Below, piece by piece: positions 39,384 to 52,279 of a DNA stretch of 64,000 nt. The notes beneath the pieces are model-generated. The model saw only the letters and a list, made by a program, of their open reading frames with translations, ran no database searches and was not told where the DNA came from. Positions within the stretch are counted from its first letter, which is position 1, and every line of letters starts with the position of its first letter. This DNA is from Octopus sinensis (lineage: Eukaryota): contig NC_043000.1 of the NCBI RefSeq assembly GCF_006345805.1, positions 94,922,001 to 94,986,000 of the forward strand. The letters run 5' to 3'. Both the position numbers and the translations under genes were made by a program.

Positions 39384-39555
39384 GGGGGGGTGAGGGTGTT
39401 TCTGTCTTAGCAGTTTAGCAAAAGTGACCGATTGAACAAGTACTGGGTTTTAAAAAATAATTTATATATACGTGTGTGTGTGTGTATGTGTGTATAAATA
39501 TATGCATACATGTATGTATGCAGATAAACAGATAACTATACACACACACACACAT

Positions 39556-39587
<32 letters not shown>

Positions 39588-40100
39588 TGAATATATATAT
39601 ATATACGGTGGGCCTCTACTCTGATTCCTTCTACCAAACTCACACACGAAGCATTGGTTGCTCCCCGAGGATACAGTAGAAGACACATGCCCTAGATGCC
39701 GCGCAATGGCACTGAACCCGAAAGTACGTGGTTGCAAAGCGAGCTTCTTCACCACGCAGTCTTCGATCTTCAAACTTTTCAATGAGATTATAACGAGAAA
39801 ATATAAAGAGAAAATCCAACGTAATAATCTGTTCTACTCTAGGCACAAGGCCAGAAATTTTGGGGGAGGGGCCAGTCGATTAGATCGATCCCTAGTAAGC
39901 AACTGGTACTTAATTTATCGATCCCGATGGGTGAAAAGCAAAGTAGGCCTCGGTGGGATTTGAACTGAGAACATAAAGACAGAGGAAATACTGCTAAGCA
40001 TTTCGCCCGGCGTTGAAAGTTGAACGTCATAATCTTTTCTACTCTAGTCACAAGGCCCGAAATTTTGGTGAGGGCGTCAGTCGATTAGATCGAGCCCAAG
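38780..40100. mobile_element. Dense SINE cluster: family C (-) 38780-39075, B (+) 39115-39450, B (-) 39605-39765, A (-) 39810-40100
   Basis: Diagnostic heads and cores of each family, in succession and separated by microsatellites. Confidence 0.75.
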
Positions 40101-40598
40101 GATGAAGGGCACACAAACGTAATAATGCCGTATCAAAGTCTGCGATTAAGATCAAAGTTATTTACACCAGTTCAACTTTTCAAATTTCATGGAATGACAA
40201 TGTTAGTTCTTAAATGAAAGTAATGAACGATCATATACAATAAATTATCTAATTCATGACTACGTATGATTGTTATGTGAAGTTTATGTTATTGTATTGG
40301 ATTATGGGTTTGTACTTTTCTCTTTCCTTTTCTTTATGTTAACTCAGGTGAAACTATACGTACGCTCATACACATACTAATATATATGTGTGTGTGTATA
40401 CATGTACACTCACTAACACACATACACATATATATACATATAATTATATATGTATTTTATAAAACATATATAACTGTTAAATATAGGAACACATCATATA
40501 TACGTACGTACATACATACATACATACATACATGCATACATACATACATACATACATACATACATACATACATACATACATACATACATACATACATA

Positions 40599-40816
40599 AG
40601 AACGGGTGTTACAAGTTCATGGCTGAGGGTAAAAGAAAATATAGGAGAATCAGTTAATTATGAATTTATTCAACATATTCCGCTCTCAGATTCACACACT
40701 TATTGCAGCGGTACTTCAGTTTTTCTTAGCTCTGTAAAAGAACTCGGAAAGTCGGGCCTCCAACCAGGCCTTTTACAACGCCCTAAAAGCCAGGACCTTT
40801 TCAGCACGCCCCCTCG
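40599..40816. mobile_element. Mariner-derived MITE; second copy, opposite orientation, at 54790-54999
   Basis: Imperfect TIRs (AAAAGCCAGGACCTTTTCAGCACGCCCCCTCG|TA) and internal CGCTGCAATAAGTGTGTGAATCTGAGAGCGGAATATGTTGAATAA, typical of the 3' end of a mariner ORF. Confidence 0.8.
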
Positions 40817-41054
40817 TATAGATATTCTTACATGCAAACATATATATATATACATATAAACACATATACATATGTATATGCACATACGCACACAACCACA
40901 TATTTCTATATACATCTGTATATATGTAATGGAGAAGCCCTGAGAAAAATTGTGCATCGCTTGTTGGTGCAAAATATGTTGTTTACTGTTTATGTTCCAA
41001 ATGTTGTTTAAACAGATTTTTACTATTCAGCACAATATAATGTAAATAATACAA

Positions 41055-41376
41055 TCACAATTTAGGTTAGTTGAAATAAGTGTCACACATTTCAACTGCT
41101 AAAGGCAGTTATATACCACAGTTACCGTGGAGAAAAATATCTCTCTTATGGTAAAAAGGTATGAAAACACTCAGTTCGTTCAGTATCGCCCTCCCTCGGA
41201 AATCTCAGATATAAACTCGAAACATTGATGACTGAGATTCCTGGGAGAGGGAGACACTGAACGAATTGTTTTTTTTCACACCTTTTTTACCGCAAGAGAG
41301 ATGTTTTTTCTCCACGATAATTACAGTGTACTTGCCTTTAGCAGTTGAAATATATTTCAACTAATCTAAATTGTGA
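41055..41376. mobile_element. ~320-bp fold-back (palindromic MITE-like) element
   Basis: Outer IR 41055-41078/41353-41376 (one mismatch); inner perfect ATTTCAACTGCTAAAGGCA/TGCCTTTAGCAGTTGAAAT; imperfect pairing continues to CTCAG/CTGAG around a ~23-nt loop. Confidence 0.85.
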
Positions 41377-41404
41377 ATATAATATATATAATATATATAT
41401 ATAT

Positions 41405-41560
<156 letters not shown>

Positions 41561-41593
41561 TGATTGATAGATAGATATAAATACATATATATA

Positions 41594-41636
<43 letters not shown>

Positions 41637-41637
<1 letters not shown>

Positions 41638-41790
41638 ATTTAAACACATAAGAGATGGCCATAATAGGACATCTGACTCACTAGAAAGAGCAGTTAAACT
41701 CCAAACCACTAATAGTTGTAATTCTGAAATGGAAAGAGAAAAAAAAACGTTTACCCTATCTTTTCTGGACTATGCATAGATCGGCAATCT
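41637..41790. repeat. PLE-type terminal repeat fragment next to (TA)n; reverse-complement relative of 5495-5610
   Basis: TTTAAACACATAAGAGATGGCCATAATAGGACA...GAAAGAGCAGTTAAACTCCAA. Confidence 0.75.
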
Positions 41791-41868
41791 TTTGTAATAA
41801 AATAAAATTATTTTAATTTACGATTGGCGTACATATATATATATTATATATAATATATATACACAACC

Positions 41869-41899
<31 letters not shown>

Positions 41900-42047
41900 G
41901 CGTTTGTGTGTGTGTGTACTTGCATGTGTGTGTATGTGCATGTGTGTGTGTGTTATTTTTAATAGTATTGACATTGACGTCGAAGCCTATGTCCTTACTG
42001 TACTTGTTAAAGAATAGTCAATTTGTACTCTAAAAATGTAAGGGGTG

Positions 42048-42079
<32 letters not shown>

Positions 42080-42338
42080 GTCGATTGATATTTCATTTTT
42101 AGATTTTTAGTCGGATGACACGCTTTAGAATTTTTTGTCGATTGTATTTTCATTTGCATATATATATTTTTTACCTTCTGCGTTTTTTTTTATATATGAA
42201 TTCTTTATATGTTAAAGGCTATATTAACATTTATATATGATTAAATGTTTAGAGGCGTGGTGTTAAAGTCCTTAACACGAATTTGATGTTTGTTCTGTGA
42301 TCAATTATATATACTATATATATATATATATATAATAT

Positions 42339-42434
<96 letters not shown>

Positions 42435-42643
42435 TATATATGCGCGCATGTAATGGCGACTGAATTGATACATAAATGTAGCGCCCGAAGAAGCATACAA
42501 ATTGTAATGGAAATAAGAATAAGCTTAGATAATGTCTTATGAATATCAAAAATTCCCATCACACGAACATGTGGGATGCAGAAATATGTTGTAATGCATT
42601 GGTAAATCTTTTCAATTTACATCCGCAAGTTATTATCGTTATC

Positions 42644-42650
<7 letters not shown>

Positions 42651-42727
<77 letters not shown>
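42651..42727. repeat. (TAA)n microsatellite
   Basis: Direct reading. Confidence 0.95.
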
Positions 42728-43069
42728 TGAGGGAATATTATTCCAAACTTACAGGGAAAAATTCAATTTAGAAATACTAAATTAAATTTCACAAAATATA
42801 ATACATATATATATATATATATAAATTATAAAAAAACACCTTTTATCAATTCAATAATGAAAAATTCAAAATAAAATTATACGATTTAGAAAGATTACAT
42901 ATTATAGAAACATTGCACATTACTTAATCATTGTTATATGTTTTTTGTTTTATTTAATCTTTCTATAATATGTAATCTTTCGAAATGGTATAATTTAATT
43001 TTTTATTTTTCATCATTGAATTGATAAAAGGTTATTTTTTTCTAATTTTTATATATATACTTTCTTTTA

Positions 43070-43280
43070 TTCCTTTATTTGTTTTTGTTTCAGTCAATTG
43101 ACTGCGAACATGATGGAGCACTGCCTTTAGTCGAACAAACACCCCAGGACTTATTCTTTGTAAGCATAGTACTTTAACTAACGGTCTGATTTGCCGAACC
43201 GTTACGGGGTTGTAAACACACCAATGTCGGTTGTCAAGCGATGGTGGTGAGGACAAACACAGACACACAAACACACACAA

Positions 43281-43313
<33 letters not shown>

Positions 43314-43440
43314 CGACAGGCTTCTTTCAGTTTCCGTCTATCAAATCTATTCACAAGGTTTTGGGCGGCCCGCGACTATAGTAGAAGTGGCTGGTAAGCA
43401 AGCTACTTACCACAAATACCACAAAGCCACTCGTGCGCCT
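43070..43440 (-). mobile_element. SINE family B with internal deletion in the head/CORE region
   Basis: Tail, internal (TA)n and head present; the CACTTGCCCAAGGTGCC...GGAACC segment is missing. Confidence 0.8.
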
Positions 43441-43523
43441 GTGTTGATTAGGCTGCAAGCTGAAAGAATCGTGTATATATATATATATATATACATGTAT
43501 ATGAGTTTGTGTTCGTGTGTGTG

Positions 43524-43588
<65 letters not shown>

Positions 43589-43849
43589 ATCTATCTATCT
43601 ATTTATATATATATTATATATATATATATATATTATGTGAAATAGAAAGATGAATAATCTTGTAGTAGATTAATCAAAAGTTTAACCGATACCTTAGTAG
43701 CAAAAATCACAGCAGTAAACAGCACGGTTGGAGGTACAACCATATGGTGTTGCAACCGTTCGTTGGTGCGGATAATTGAAATTAAAATATTATTGGTGAA
43801 TTGAAGAAATGGAGCTGAACGCAGATTGAACAGAAATCGTTTTATTTCA

Positions 43850-43929
43850 TTCTACACGTGTTTCGAAAGGCACAATTTACCAAAATCCGATTGAATAATG
43901 GGACCATATTGTGTCTTTCTCTTCAGGAA
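43850..43929 (-). ncRNA. Type I hammerhead ribozyme
   Basis: Minus strand TTC-CTGAAGA-GAAAGACACAAT...ATTGTGCCTTTC-GAAA-C-ACGT-G-TA-GAA: intact core, 12-bp stem II with one mismatch, palindromic ACGT loop III, GUA triplet, 3-bp stem I. Confidence 0.85.
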
Positions 43930-43944
43930 GAAAATAGATTCACC

Positions 43945-43991
<47 letters not shown>

Positions 43992-44018
43992 TATATATAT
44001 ATGATATGTAGATAGATA

Positions 44019-44433
44019 TGTTTCTTTATTGGCCACTCAGAGCTGAACACAGAGGGCTTAACACAAAATACAAATTAGAGCTTTTCTTTTGGGGAAGAGA
44101 AAAACATGGGGGAATAGAAATTCAATGAAAAGGGATCGTGGAAAAATAAAAGAAGCCGATCAATAGGGATTGTGTATCACAGAAATGTCATAATGTAAAA
44201 GGAGAAACAGATTAGGTTTATCCGTGGAAAGAAAAGCCTATGGAAATGACCACGGTAACCTCGGGCAATAATGTCATGCAAAAAACACATTACAGTGACT
44301 CTCCTTTTTTTCTTTATTTTTCTGGATCATAGGATTAAGCTCAAGGTGGCTCCGTCATTCACACGTACTATCCTTGCTACATTCACCCATCTTTTTTTGA
44401 AACATTCACTAGACAAAACTTCCTTCTCTACTC
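44019..44433 (-). mobile_element. Tx1/L1-like LINE 3' fragment, second copy
   Basis: Collinear with 24013-24490; 3' end abuts TAGATAGATA (44009-44018). Confidence 0.72.
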
Positions 44434-44637
44434 CTAAAAGCTAAATGTTCCACGACGCTCCGGCAGGGAGTGGTGGCAATCCCTGTTGTACTCTTTCGCC
44501 ACAACTTTCTCTCACTCGCTCTTCCTGTTTCTTGGGTAACGCTGCGATGGACTGGCATCCCGTCCAACTGTGGGGAACACATTCACCACAGAAACCGGGA
44601 AAACGGGCCCATGAGCCTGGCTAGGTTGAAAAGGGCG
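44434..44637 (+). mobile_element. SINE family D, head missing
   Basis: Reverse-complement match to the body and tail of 60120-60443. Confidence 0.8.
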
Positions 44638-44669
44638 AAGAAATGAAAATATATGTATATATATATATA

Positions 44670-44800
44670 CAACGACGGGCTTCTTTCAGTTTCCGTCTAT
44701 CAAATCCACTCACAAGGCTTTGGTCGGCCCGAAGCTATAGTAGAAAACGCTTGCTCAAGTTACCACGCAGTGGGGCTGAACCCGAAACCATGATGTTGGT
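44670..44800 (-). mobile_element. SINE family B, 5' part
   Basis: CGACGGGCTTCTTTCAGTTTCCGTCTATCAAATCCACTCACAAGGC...CTGAACCCGAAACC. Confidence 0.8.
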
Positions 44801-45218
44801 ATAAGAGGATATATTTATATGTATATATACATATACAAATCTCTCTCTCTATATATATATATATCATGCACCATATCTATATATACGTATATATGCATCT
44901 CTATATAGAGACAGATAGTTACATACATATATACTTATATATGCTTGCCGAAAATATATATAATTTATGCGATGAATAGAATTTGGCCGAAACCGTGGTT
45001 CGCTCTGTTTTCTTACTTTATTATCATCTTATAATCTTCTCATAATAATGACTTTTATGACTCTTATTACTACCTCAGTCCATCTAAACGTATATACTTG
45101 TCGTTACCTTTCATAAAAAGCCTTTTTTTATTTGCAATGTGCACTTTCGTTGATTTTTCATATTTTACCCTTACATTTCCACGTGTATTTTATATTTTCT
45201 TTTTGTAACATATTTCTA

Positions 45219-45257
<39 letters not shown>

Positions 45258-45991
45258 TATATATATGCCCAATGTGTATATATTTATGTGTGTGTCGTGT
45301 GTGTTTGTGTGCATATTTACGTGGGTATGTGTACACGAATATATTTACGTATATACGTTTGTTCGTATGCATCCCTATTTTCACGTATTGTATCTGAATA
45401 TACTTGGTGAATATTTCCTGGTTAGACACAGAACATTTTATATTACCGGAAACATAATTTGGGAAGCCATCTACATTCTACGTTAGAAGCATACTTAATC
45501 TTCCAGAACCTTATTTCGTCTACCTAGCTTATTTGTAATTATATCTGTTATATCTGAAGCACCGGAAGCGGAAATGTTCAAACGTTATATCTGCATCTAA
45601 ACATGACAAGAATGCATTGGTAATTCAAATTTAACCATTGCGAACTTTCGTTTATAGGTGTTACATTATCAAACTTTCTCACCTTCACAATCTTGCAAAT
45701 TATGTTTTATAGGCATTTTACAAATGTTGGGTTGACGTTTAATATAACAGGGTTTGAATGATGAATGAGAAATTTCGTTCATGAATTTGCTATAAACTGA
45801 AACATAGGAGATAAATATTTTCATCTTTTTTTCTATTATGCATGTCGATATCGTAACTTTAAGGTGGTATGTGGCAAAATTAAATTAGGATGTAATTTAG
45901 GCAAATAAAGGTAACAATAATGCAACAATTCTAGCCAACAAATCACCACGAATTACACATAAACATGCACATGGGCATGCATATATATATA

Positions 45992-46033
<42 letters not shown>

Positions 46034-46257
46034 ATATATATATATATACATATACAATTATTTATATGTGCACACGTATCCATTCCTATACCTATATACT
46101 TATATATATATATATTTATATGTGTGTGTATATATATATATAATATATACTTATATGTATATATATATATATATTATATATATATATATATAATATATAT
46201 TATATATATATGTACATATCATTTTGTGTGTAGACAGCCCGACAGATAGATAGATAG

Positions 46258-46343
<86 letters not shown>

Positions 46344-46964
46344 TTATGTAGGTAGGATAAAATCCAAGTCGCGTCCTCTTGAGACACATATGCTCATCCC
46401 ACTATTACTATCCATTATGCAGATGCTGCCATTGTTGCATTGTGTAAAGTACATATTAGAGTTGAAAATTCTGGACACATCGTTTGCTGAGTTATTGTAT
46501 AGCTAAATAGGAAGTTGGTAAATATTTTCAGTACTCATTACGCATGTTTCATTTGCTAATAGGTATGTTATGTTGCACGTTCTAATGCCTCTACTACTCA
46601 ACTCGACTCTTTACCCTGTTCTAGTCTGCTCTCACCGCTACTCAACTGTACTCTTGACGTATAGGCTTCTCCCTCGTTATCTACGTATTAGGCTAGCCTA
46701 CTTCATCGTCTGGGGGTGTCCACACAACAAGGTATTACACAGTTTTGCATATTAGATAAACAAGTAATAAATTCCCTAATTGAAATTCGTCGATGAAACA
46801 AACGGTGTTATTTGTTTCTCTGTCTGAAAAATTTCTAATAGGAAATTTCTTACAAGTTTATCTAACATGCAAAACTTTGTAAGTCCTATTAGTGAAAGAA
46901 ACATATGTAATGGTGAATAAATAATACAAAACTATTTTCCAACTTCCTCTTTTTAGACAGACAG

Positions 46965-47028
46965 ATGAAGGGACAGACAGACAGACAGACATACGGACAG
47001 ACATACGGACAGACAGACAGACAGACAT

Positions 47029-47121
<93 letters not shown>

Positions 47122-47124
47122 CAA

Positions 47125-47160
<36 letters not shown>

Positions 47161-47162
47161 GC

Positions 47163-47243
<81 letters not shown>
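46965..47243. repeat. Compound (GACA)n/(GATA)n microsatellite
   Basis: Direct reading. Confidence 0.95.
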
Positions 47244-47490
47244 TCTTGCGCCTGACAACCCCAGCATTCACGGATTTGATTCTACAGCATGGAAACTTAA
47301 ACAAATGTCACTTTCTGTGACATTTGGGTAGATGAAAGCTGTGTAGGGGCCCATTAGATGGATTGTCTCTGTAGCTTTCAAGATTCAGCTTTGCCTAACA
47401 CTGTGTATATTGAGGAAGCAATTGTAAACAATGTATTAAAAGGAATATTGCAAATTCCATTCTTCGTTGCTTTTCATTATTATACATATA

Positions 47491-48309
47491 CGTGGTCTGA
47501 TAAATAAGTATTTACAGTAATGGAGCTGCGCGTGCGCACTAAGTTTTAACATTCTAGCCCACTTCTGCTGTTTACAGCAGTGCTTGGAAGGAAGGTGTGT
47601 AGCATATAATCGTCGCATTAACCATAACAGAGAAAGTTGAGCAGAGAATCTGCATCAAATTTTGCCAAAAGCTTGGCTATACCTGTTCAGAGGCCTACGC
47701 AAAGTTTTCAAAAAGTTCCCTTCGCTCCCGACACAATAAAGATCTTATGCAACTGAAACCCGAGTGTCCTTTTGGTTAGCTGAAAGCAGTTTGAGTACAA
47801 ACTTGAAAGGAACGCGTCTCATATCCAAATCGTCACTGATAATGGACGACTGGACTGAACCGTAGCTAATCTGCACATCCTCTGATAACTCATGGATGGT
47901 GATTCGACGATTTCCCCCAACAGCTGTACGCACATGTATGATGATTTTTATCAGTCCTGTTGGTTGCAGGTCTCCGAAAACATTTGTCAATATCGACATT
48001 TTTAGGCCTTTTTGGAAACGATTGAACCACTCGTACACTTGTGTGCGTCTCATACACTTTCTACAACTTTGCGTAGGTCTCTGAGAAAGTATCGCAATGA
48101 CAACTTTTTACGGTCATGGTCAATGAGACGATCACGTTAAACACGTTCCGTCCAAGCATTGCTGTTAATAACTGAAGTGAGCTAAGATGTTAAAACTTAG
48201 TGCACATGCGCAGCAAAGTTCAAGGTCAATTTTTGCGAAGCGGCTTTACTTTGCGTGCTTTCGTTTCGTTACTATGGCAACATTCTGGATACTTATTAAT
48301 CAGACCTCG
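47491..48309. mobile_element. Two diverged mariner 5' halves joined in opposite orientation
   Basis: Left end TA|CGTGGTCTGATAAATAAGTAT (+, to ~47716); right end CGAGGTCTGATTAATAAGTATCC on minus. Both halves contain CACTAAGTTTTAACAT and the start of a transposase. Confidence 0.8.
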
Positions 48310-48339
48310 TGTGTGTGTGTGTGCATATATATATATTAT

Positions 48340-48373
<34 letters not shown>

Positions 48374-48932
48374 CATATATATATAACAACTTTAAGGAAG
48401 CATATACAGTCGACCATATCCAAACCATTATATTACTGGAACTTATTTTAATCAGCTCAGATGCTGAAAGCAATATCCTTCGTATCATTCGAATGGAAGA
48501 ATTGAGAAGCTAAAGTAAAGGCCACCATTTATTTACTCGATCACATACCATACCTGTCACTCGCGGGTAAGTGTGACCCGCTGACATATAGCATGCTTTC
48601 GGTAATTACTTTAGAGAACTGTAGTTACATTCAGATATAAACACGCTCTCGGCTGTTCCATTCGTGACCCACTTGGTCATAGAAAAAACATAAGCGTGAA
48701 GGGAAAATGTTTTGATCACTACTCTACGGGTACTCGTTTGTAGCCGAATAATAAGAGCAACGTAAAATGAAGTGTCATGCGGAAGGACACAACATACTGT
48801 CCGGTTCGAGAATCAAACTAACGACCTTAATATTGTGTACCAAGCACTACTAGCCATTAGTCCAAATACTTACACACACCACACGACAGTGTTTTCACAC
48901 AGTACGCATCTAATATATTTACACAGCCATAA

Positions 48933-49132
48933 GGCGGCGAGCTGGCAGAAACGTTAGCACGCCGGGCGAAATGTGTAGCCGTATTTCGTCTGCCGTTACG
49001 TTCTGAGTTCAAATTCCGCCGAGGTCGACTTTGCCTTTCATCCTTTCGGGGTCGATAAATTAAGTACCAGTTACGCACTAGGGTCGATATAATCGACTTA
49101 ATCCGGTTGTCTGTCCTTATTTGTCCTCTCTC
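48933..49132 (+). mobile_element. SINE family A monomer, tail eroded into microsatellite
   Basis: Near-consensus head and core. Confidence 0.9.
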
Positions 49133-49261
49133 TATATATATATTTATACACCCACGTACACACACACTCACACACACGAACACACACACACACATATACA
49201 TATAGTGAGTACTTATGTGTGTTTTTGTATGTGTGTGTGTACATAATTATGTATGCATGTA

Positions 49262-49497
49262 CGGTAATCCCTCGCCATATCGCGGTACATCGACCGCGGT
49301 TCACCTATCGCGGATTATTATTAAAGCCTACGTCGATTCCTCTATGGTGTTGTTCGCATTTATAATAAAATAAATAAATACAAATTATAAAGATAATAAA
49401 ATATATATATACAGTACAGTGGTGTTTCTACTTCGCATATTTGCACCTATCGCGCTGTATTTCGGAACATAACAGCCCGATAGTCGAGGGGCTACTG
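49262..49497. mobile_element. pogo/Tigger-like MITE
   Basis: TA|CGGTAATCCCTCGCCATATCGCG ... CCCGATAGTCGAGGGGCTACTG|TA: imperfect TIRs and TA flanks. Confidence 0.75.
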
Positions 49498-49582
49498 TAT
49501 GTATGTATTATGTATGCAGTGCTTTGGCGTAACTAAAGATATTCCACACCCTGTTATTCAGAGATTCACGTGATCAATCCAA

Positions 49583-49620
49583 CTGCCTGATTATCGGTTA
49601 CGTGAAACTCCGAGTAACAG
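49583..49620 (+). repeat. Degenerate hammerhead motif related to 11413-11450, probably inactive
   Basis: CTGC-CTGATTA-TCGGTTACGT-GAAA-CTCCGA-GTA-ACAG; core G8 changed to T. Confidence 0.5.
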
Positions 49621-49779
49621 GTTGTGAAGTATTTTCAGCTTCAACAAAACAGTATATCACTCTACATTCGGTATTCGAGTATCACTTTACCACCTGGATT
49701 TACACTTATGTTCTCACATGTGTGCATGTATAGGTGTGTGTGCATGTGTGTATGCCTGTATGTATATTTGTATATATAT

Positions 49780-49894
49780 ACTTTTAAATCGTCAATTTCC
49801 ACATCGAGGAAAGCTAGCCAACAGAATTTTAAAAAAAGTTCGTTATTTCTATATTGATGTAGGTATAATATGTGGAAATTGACGATTTAAAAGT
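49780..49894. repeat. Perfect 25-bp inverted repeat with 65-bp spacer
   Basis: ACTTTTAAATCGTCAATTTCCACAT at 49780-49804 and ATGTGGAAATTGACGATTTAAAAGT at 49870-49894. Confidence 0.9.
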
Positions 49895-50069
49895 CTGTTA
49901 TCAGCATATTGGGATAGAAAAAAATTTCTTTTGCCCTTGTTTATAACTTGTTTATAATTTTCACCTTTAAAAGTATTTTAATATGCTGCCACTTTTTTGA
50001 TAAAATGTTTCTGTAAAAAAACTTCATCCTATATTAGTAGTATATATATATATATATATAATATATATA

Positions 50070-50442
50070 TACTCTTTTATTCTTTTACTTGTTTCAGTCA
50101 TTTGACTGCGGCCATGCTGGAGCACCGCCTTTAGTCGACCCCAGGACTTATTCTTTGTAAGCCTAGTACTTAGTATATCCTACTCTTTTGCCAAACCGCT
50201 AAGTTACAGAGACGTAAACACACCAGCATTGGTTGTCAAGAGGGAGTGGGGGAACGAACACAGACACACAAATAAATATACATATATATATATGCGACCG
50301 TCTTCTTTAAGTTTCTGTCTATCAAATCCACCCACAAGGCTTTCGTTGGCTCCAGGCTATAGTAGAAGACACTTGCGCAAGTGGAACTGAACCCGGAACT
50401 ATGTGTTTGGGAAGCAGGTTTCTTACCACGCAGCCACTCCTG
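50070..50442 (-). mobile_element. SINE family B, near full length
   Basis: Same modules as 4565-4983. Confidence 0.85.
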
Positions 50443-50470
50443 CACCTATACACAAACCCACACACCCACC

Positions 50471-50514
<44 letters not shown>

Positions 50515-51375
50515 GATACAACATACATGCAGACAGATAGAGAGACAGATATGCTTAGCTCTAACTGATCATTCCCTCTCTCTCTCTTCTATAACCTGTA
50601 GCTCCTCTACAGCGAGAATATTCTTTTTTGGTGTTCGTAGTCTTCTAAGCTGCATGGCAATGTCAGTGGTTCTGGTGGTACGAAAGAAAGCCACCGGTAC
50701 ATGTTGGAAAGTGGTTGACGTTAGGAAAAGCATCCAACCATAGAAAACATGTGAAAGCAGAAACTTGAGTACGATTTCAATCCGTGTAACTATCGGATCA
50801 GGTTAAACTGTCCATTCCAAAACACTATGGGACATCGATATCAAATGAGTAGCGACAGGGGGAAGATATATGTATATGACTTCAAATATGCATACATTTA
50901 TACAGCTGTGTCGCTAGATGTTTTCTATCGAAGCTGTGCTGTTATTTTTTTCACAGGGACAGATGATTATTCACACTTTTTCATAAAAACATGTCTTACT
51001 TAACTAAATAATTTCCTTCAGCATTGGCTTTGCAATTCATGAGCTTGCTGCTCTAACTGTATTCCTAGATCCATAGAAAATATTGTGGCCATACTTCACA
51101 CTATTATGGGGAAAGGATAGAGCAATTATGTTATGATTTCTAATGTAGGCATGAAGTTAACAATTCTGAGATAAGGTTAGTCAATATTATCGATCTCAGC
51201 GTTTAGACTGGTAATTTATTTTATTGACTGCGAATTGTTTAAAAGCAATGTTGATCTCATCGCGATTTGAACTTAGAGTATAAAAAGCAAATATCGTTAG
51301 TTATTTGATACCACGTTGTAACGATTCTACCAGAAACATTTTCTCTGAGAGGCTAATACAGCTTGTATTGAATGG

Positions 51376-51467
51376 ATACTATTAATCGGTTTATAGATAC
51401 TATTAATCGGCTTATAAATACTATTAATCGGTTTATAGATACTATTAATTAATAGGTACTATTAATC
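51376..51467. repeat. 21-bp minisatellite (ATACTATTAATCGGTTTATAG), three full and two partial units
   Basis: Direct reading. Confidence 0.9.
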
Positions 51468-51486
51468 TCCCACAGAAGAATCTAAT

Positions 51487-52260
51487 ATGGATCCTTACTG
51501 TTTCGATTACTCGATGAAAAACATACCTATACCATCCAGAGAACTATACCCTAAAAAACTATTGGAAAAAATTACTGATCTTATCAAACGTATGAGATGG
51601 AAGGCCTTCCATTACAACAATGATGAGTTTATTAGAGAACATATACCATGAAATCAAATCAAAGAAATTCCTTCCCAAAATCAAGGATTTAGAAGACTTC
51701 GAAACAGATCTACTGAAGCTTATAAACAAAATCGAATTTCGTAAGTCCTTTAACACTTTTCAACAGAACTGAAAAAAGACATTAAAAACATAAAAATTTA
51801 GAACAGCAAAAACTTATACTTTGTAGGCAACAGTACATAGTCACAACTTCTACGTAACAATGTTATTAATAATCACAGTAAAGCTAGACCGCAAGTTTGT
51901 AAGGACATTAATAAGGAAGCTAGTGTCATCGCCACAATGTTTTAATTAAATAAAAAATAGGAATCCTTCCAAAAATAGAGGCCTTTATAACTATTAAGGA
52001 CCATAAAAATAACTTCCTATGTAATCATAAATGCAGGCTAATTAACCCTGCAAAATCAGAAATTCATATAATTAGCTAGAAAATTAAATTAATGCTAAGG
52101 TTAGACTGGCAACTAATTTAGTACAATGATCCAATAGTGTAGAAGTTGTTAACTGGTTTGAAGCAATTAAAAATAAGAATAAAGCCAGATTAACAAAATT
52201 TTATATTGTAGATTTCCATGCATCTATTTTATCACAATTACATATCTTGAAATACTAAAG
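51487..52260 (+). pseudogene. Decayed 5' part of a second Penelope-like element ORF
   Basis: MDPYCFDYSMKNIPIPS..KITDLIKRMRWKAF, DLEDFETDLLKLINKIEF, IKDHKNNF...CRLINPAKSE, VNWFEAIKNK across frames. Confidence 0.8.
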
Positions 52261-52279
52261 AGTAAATTTGTTCAATAAA

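Noticed and set aside
44945-45005. Partial hammerheads here and at about 14205-14245, 33020-33070 and 61745-61785, 61900-61945
   Set aside because: Core incomplete or stems do not pair; at best decayed terminal repeats.
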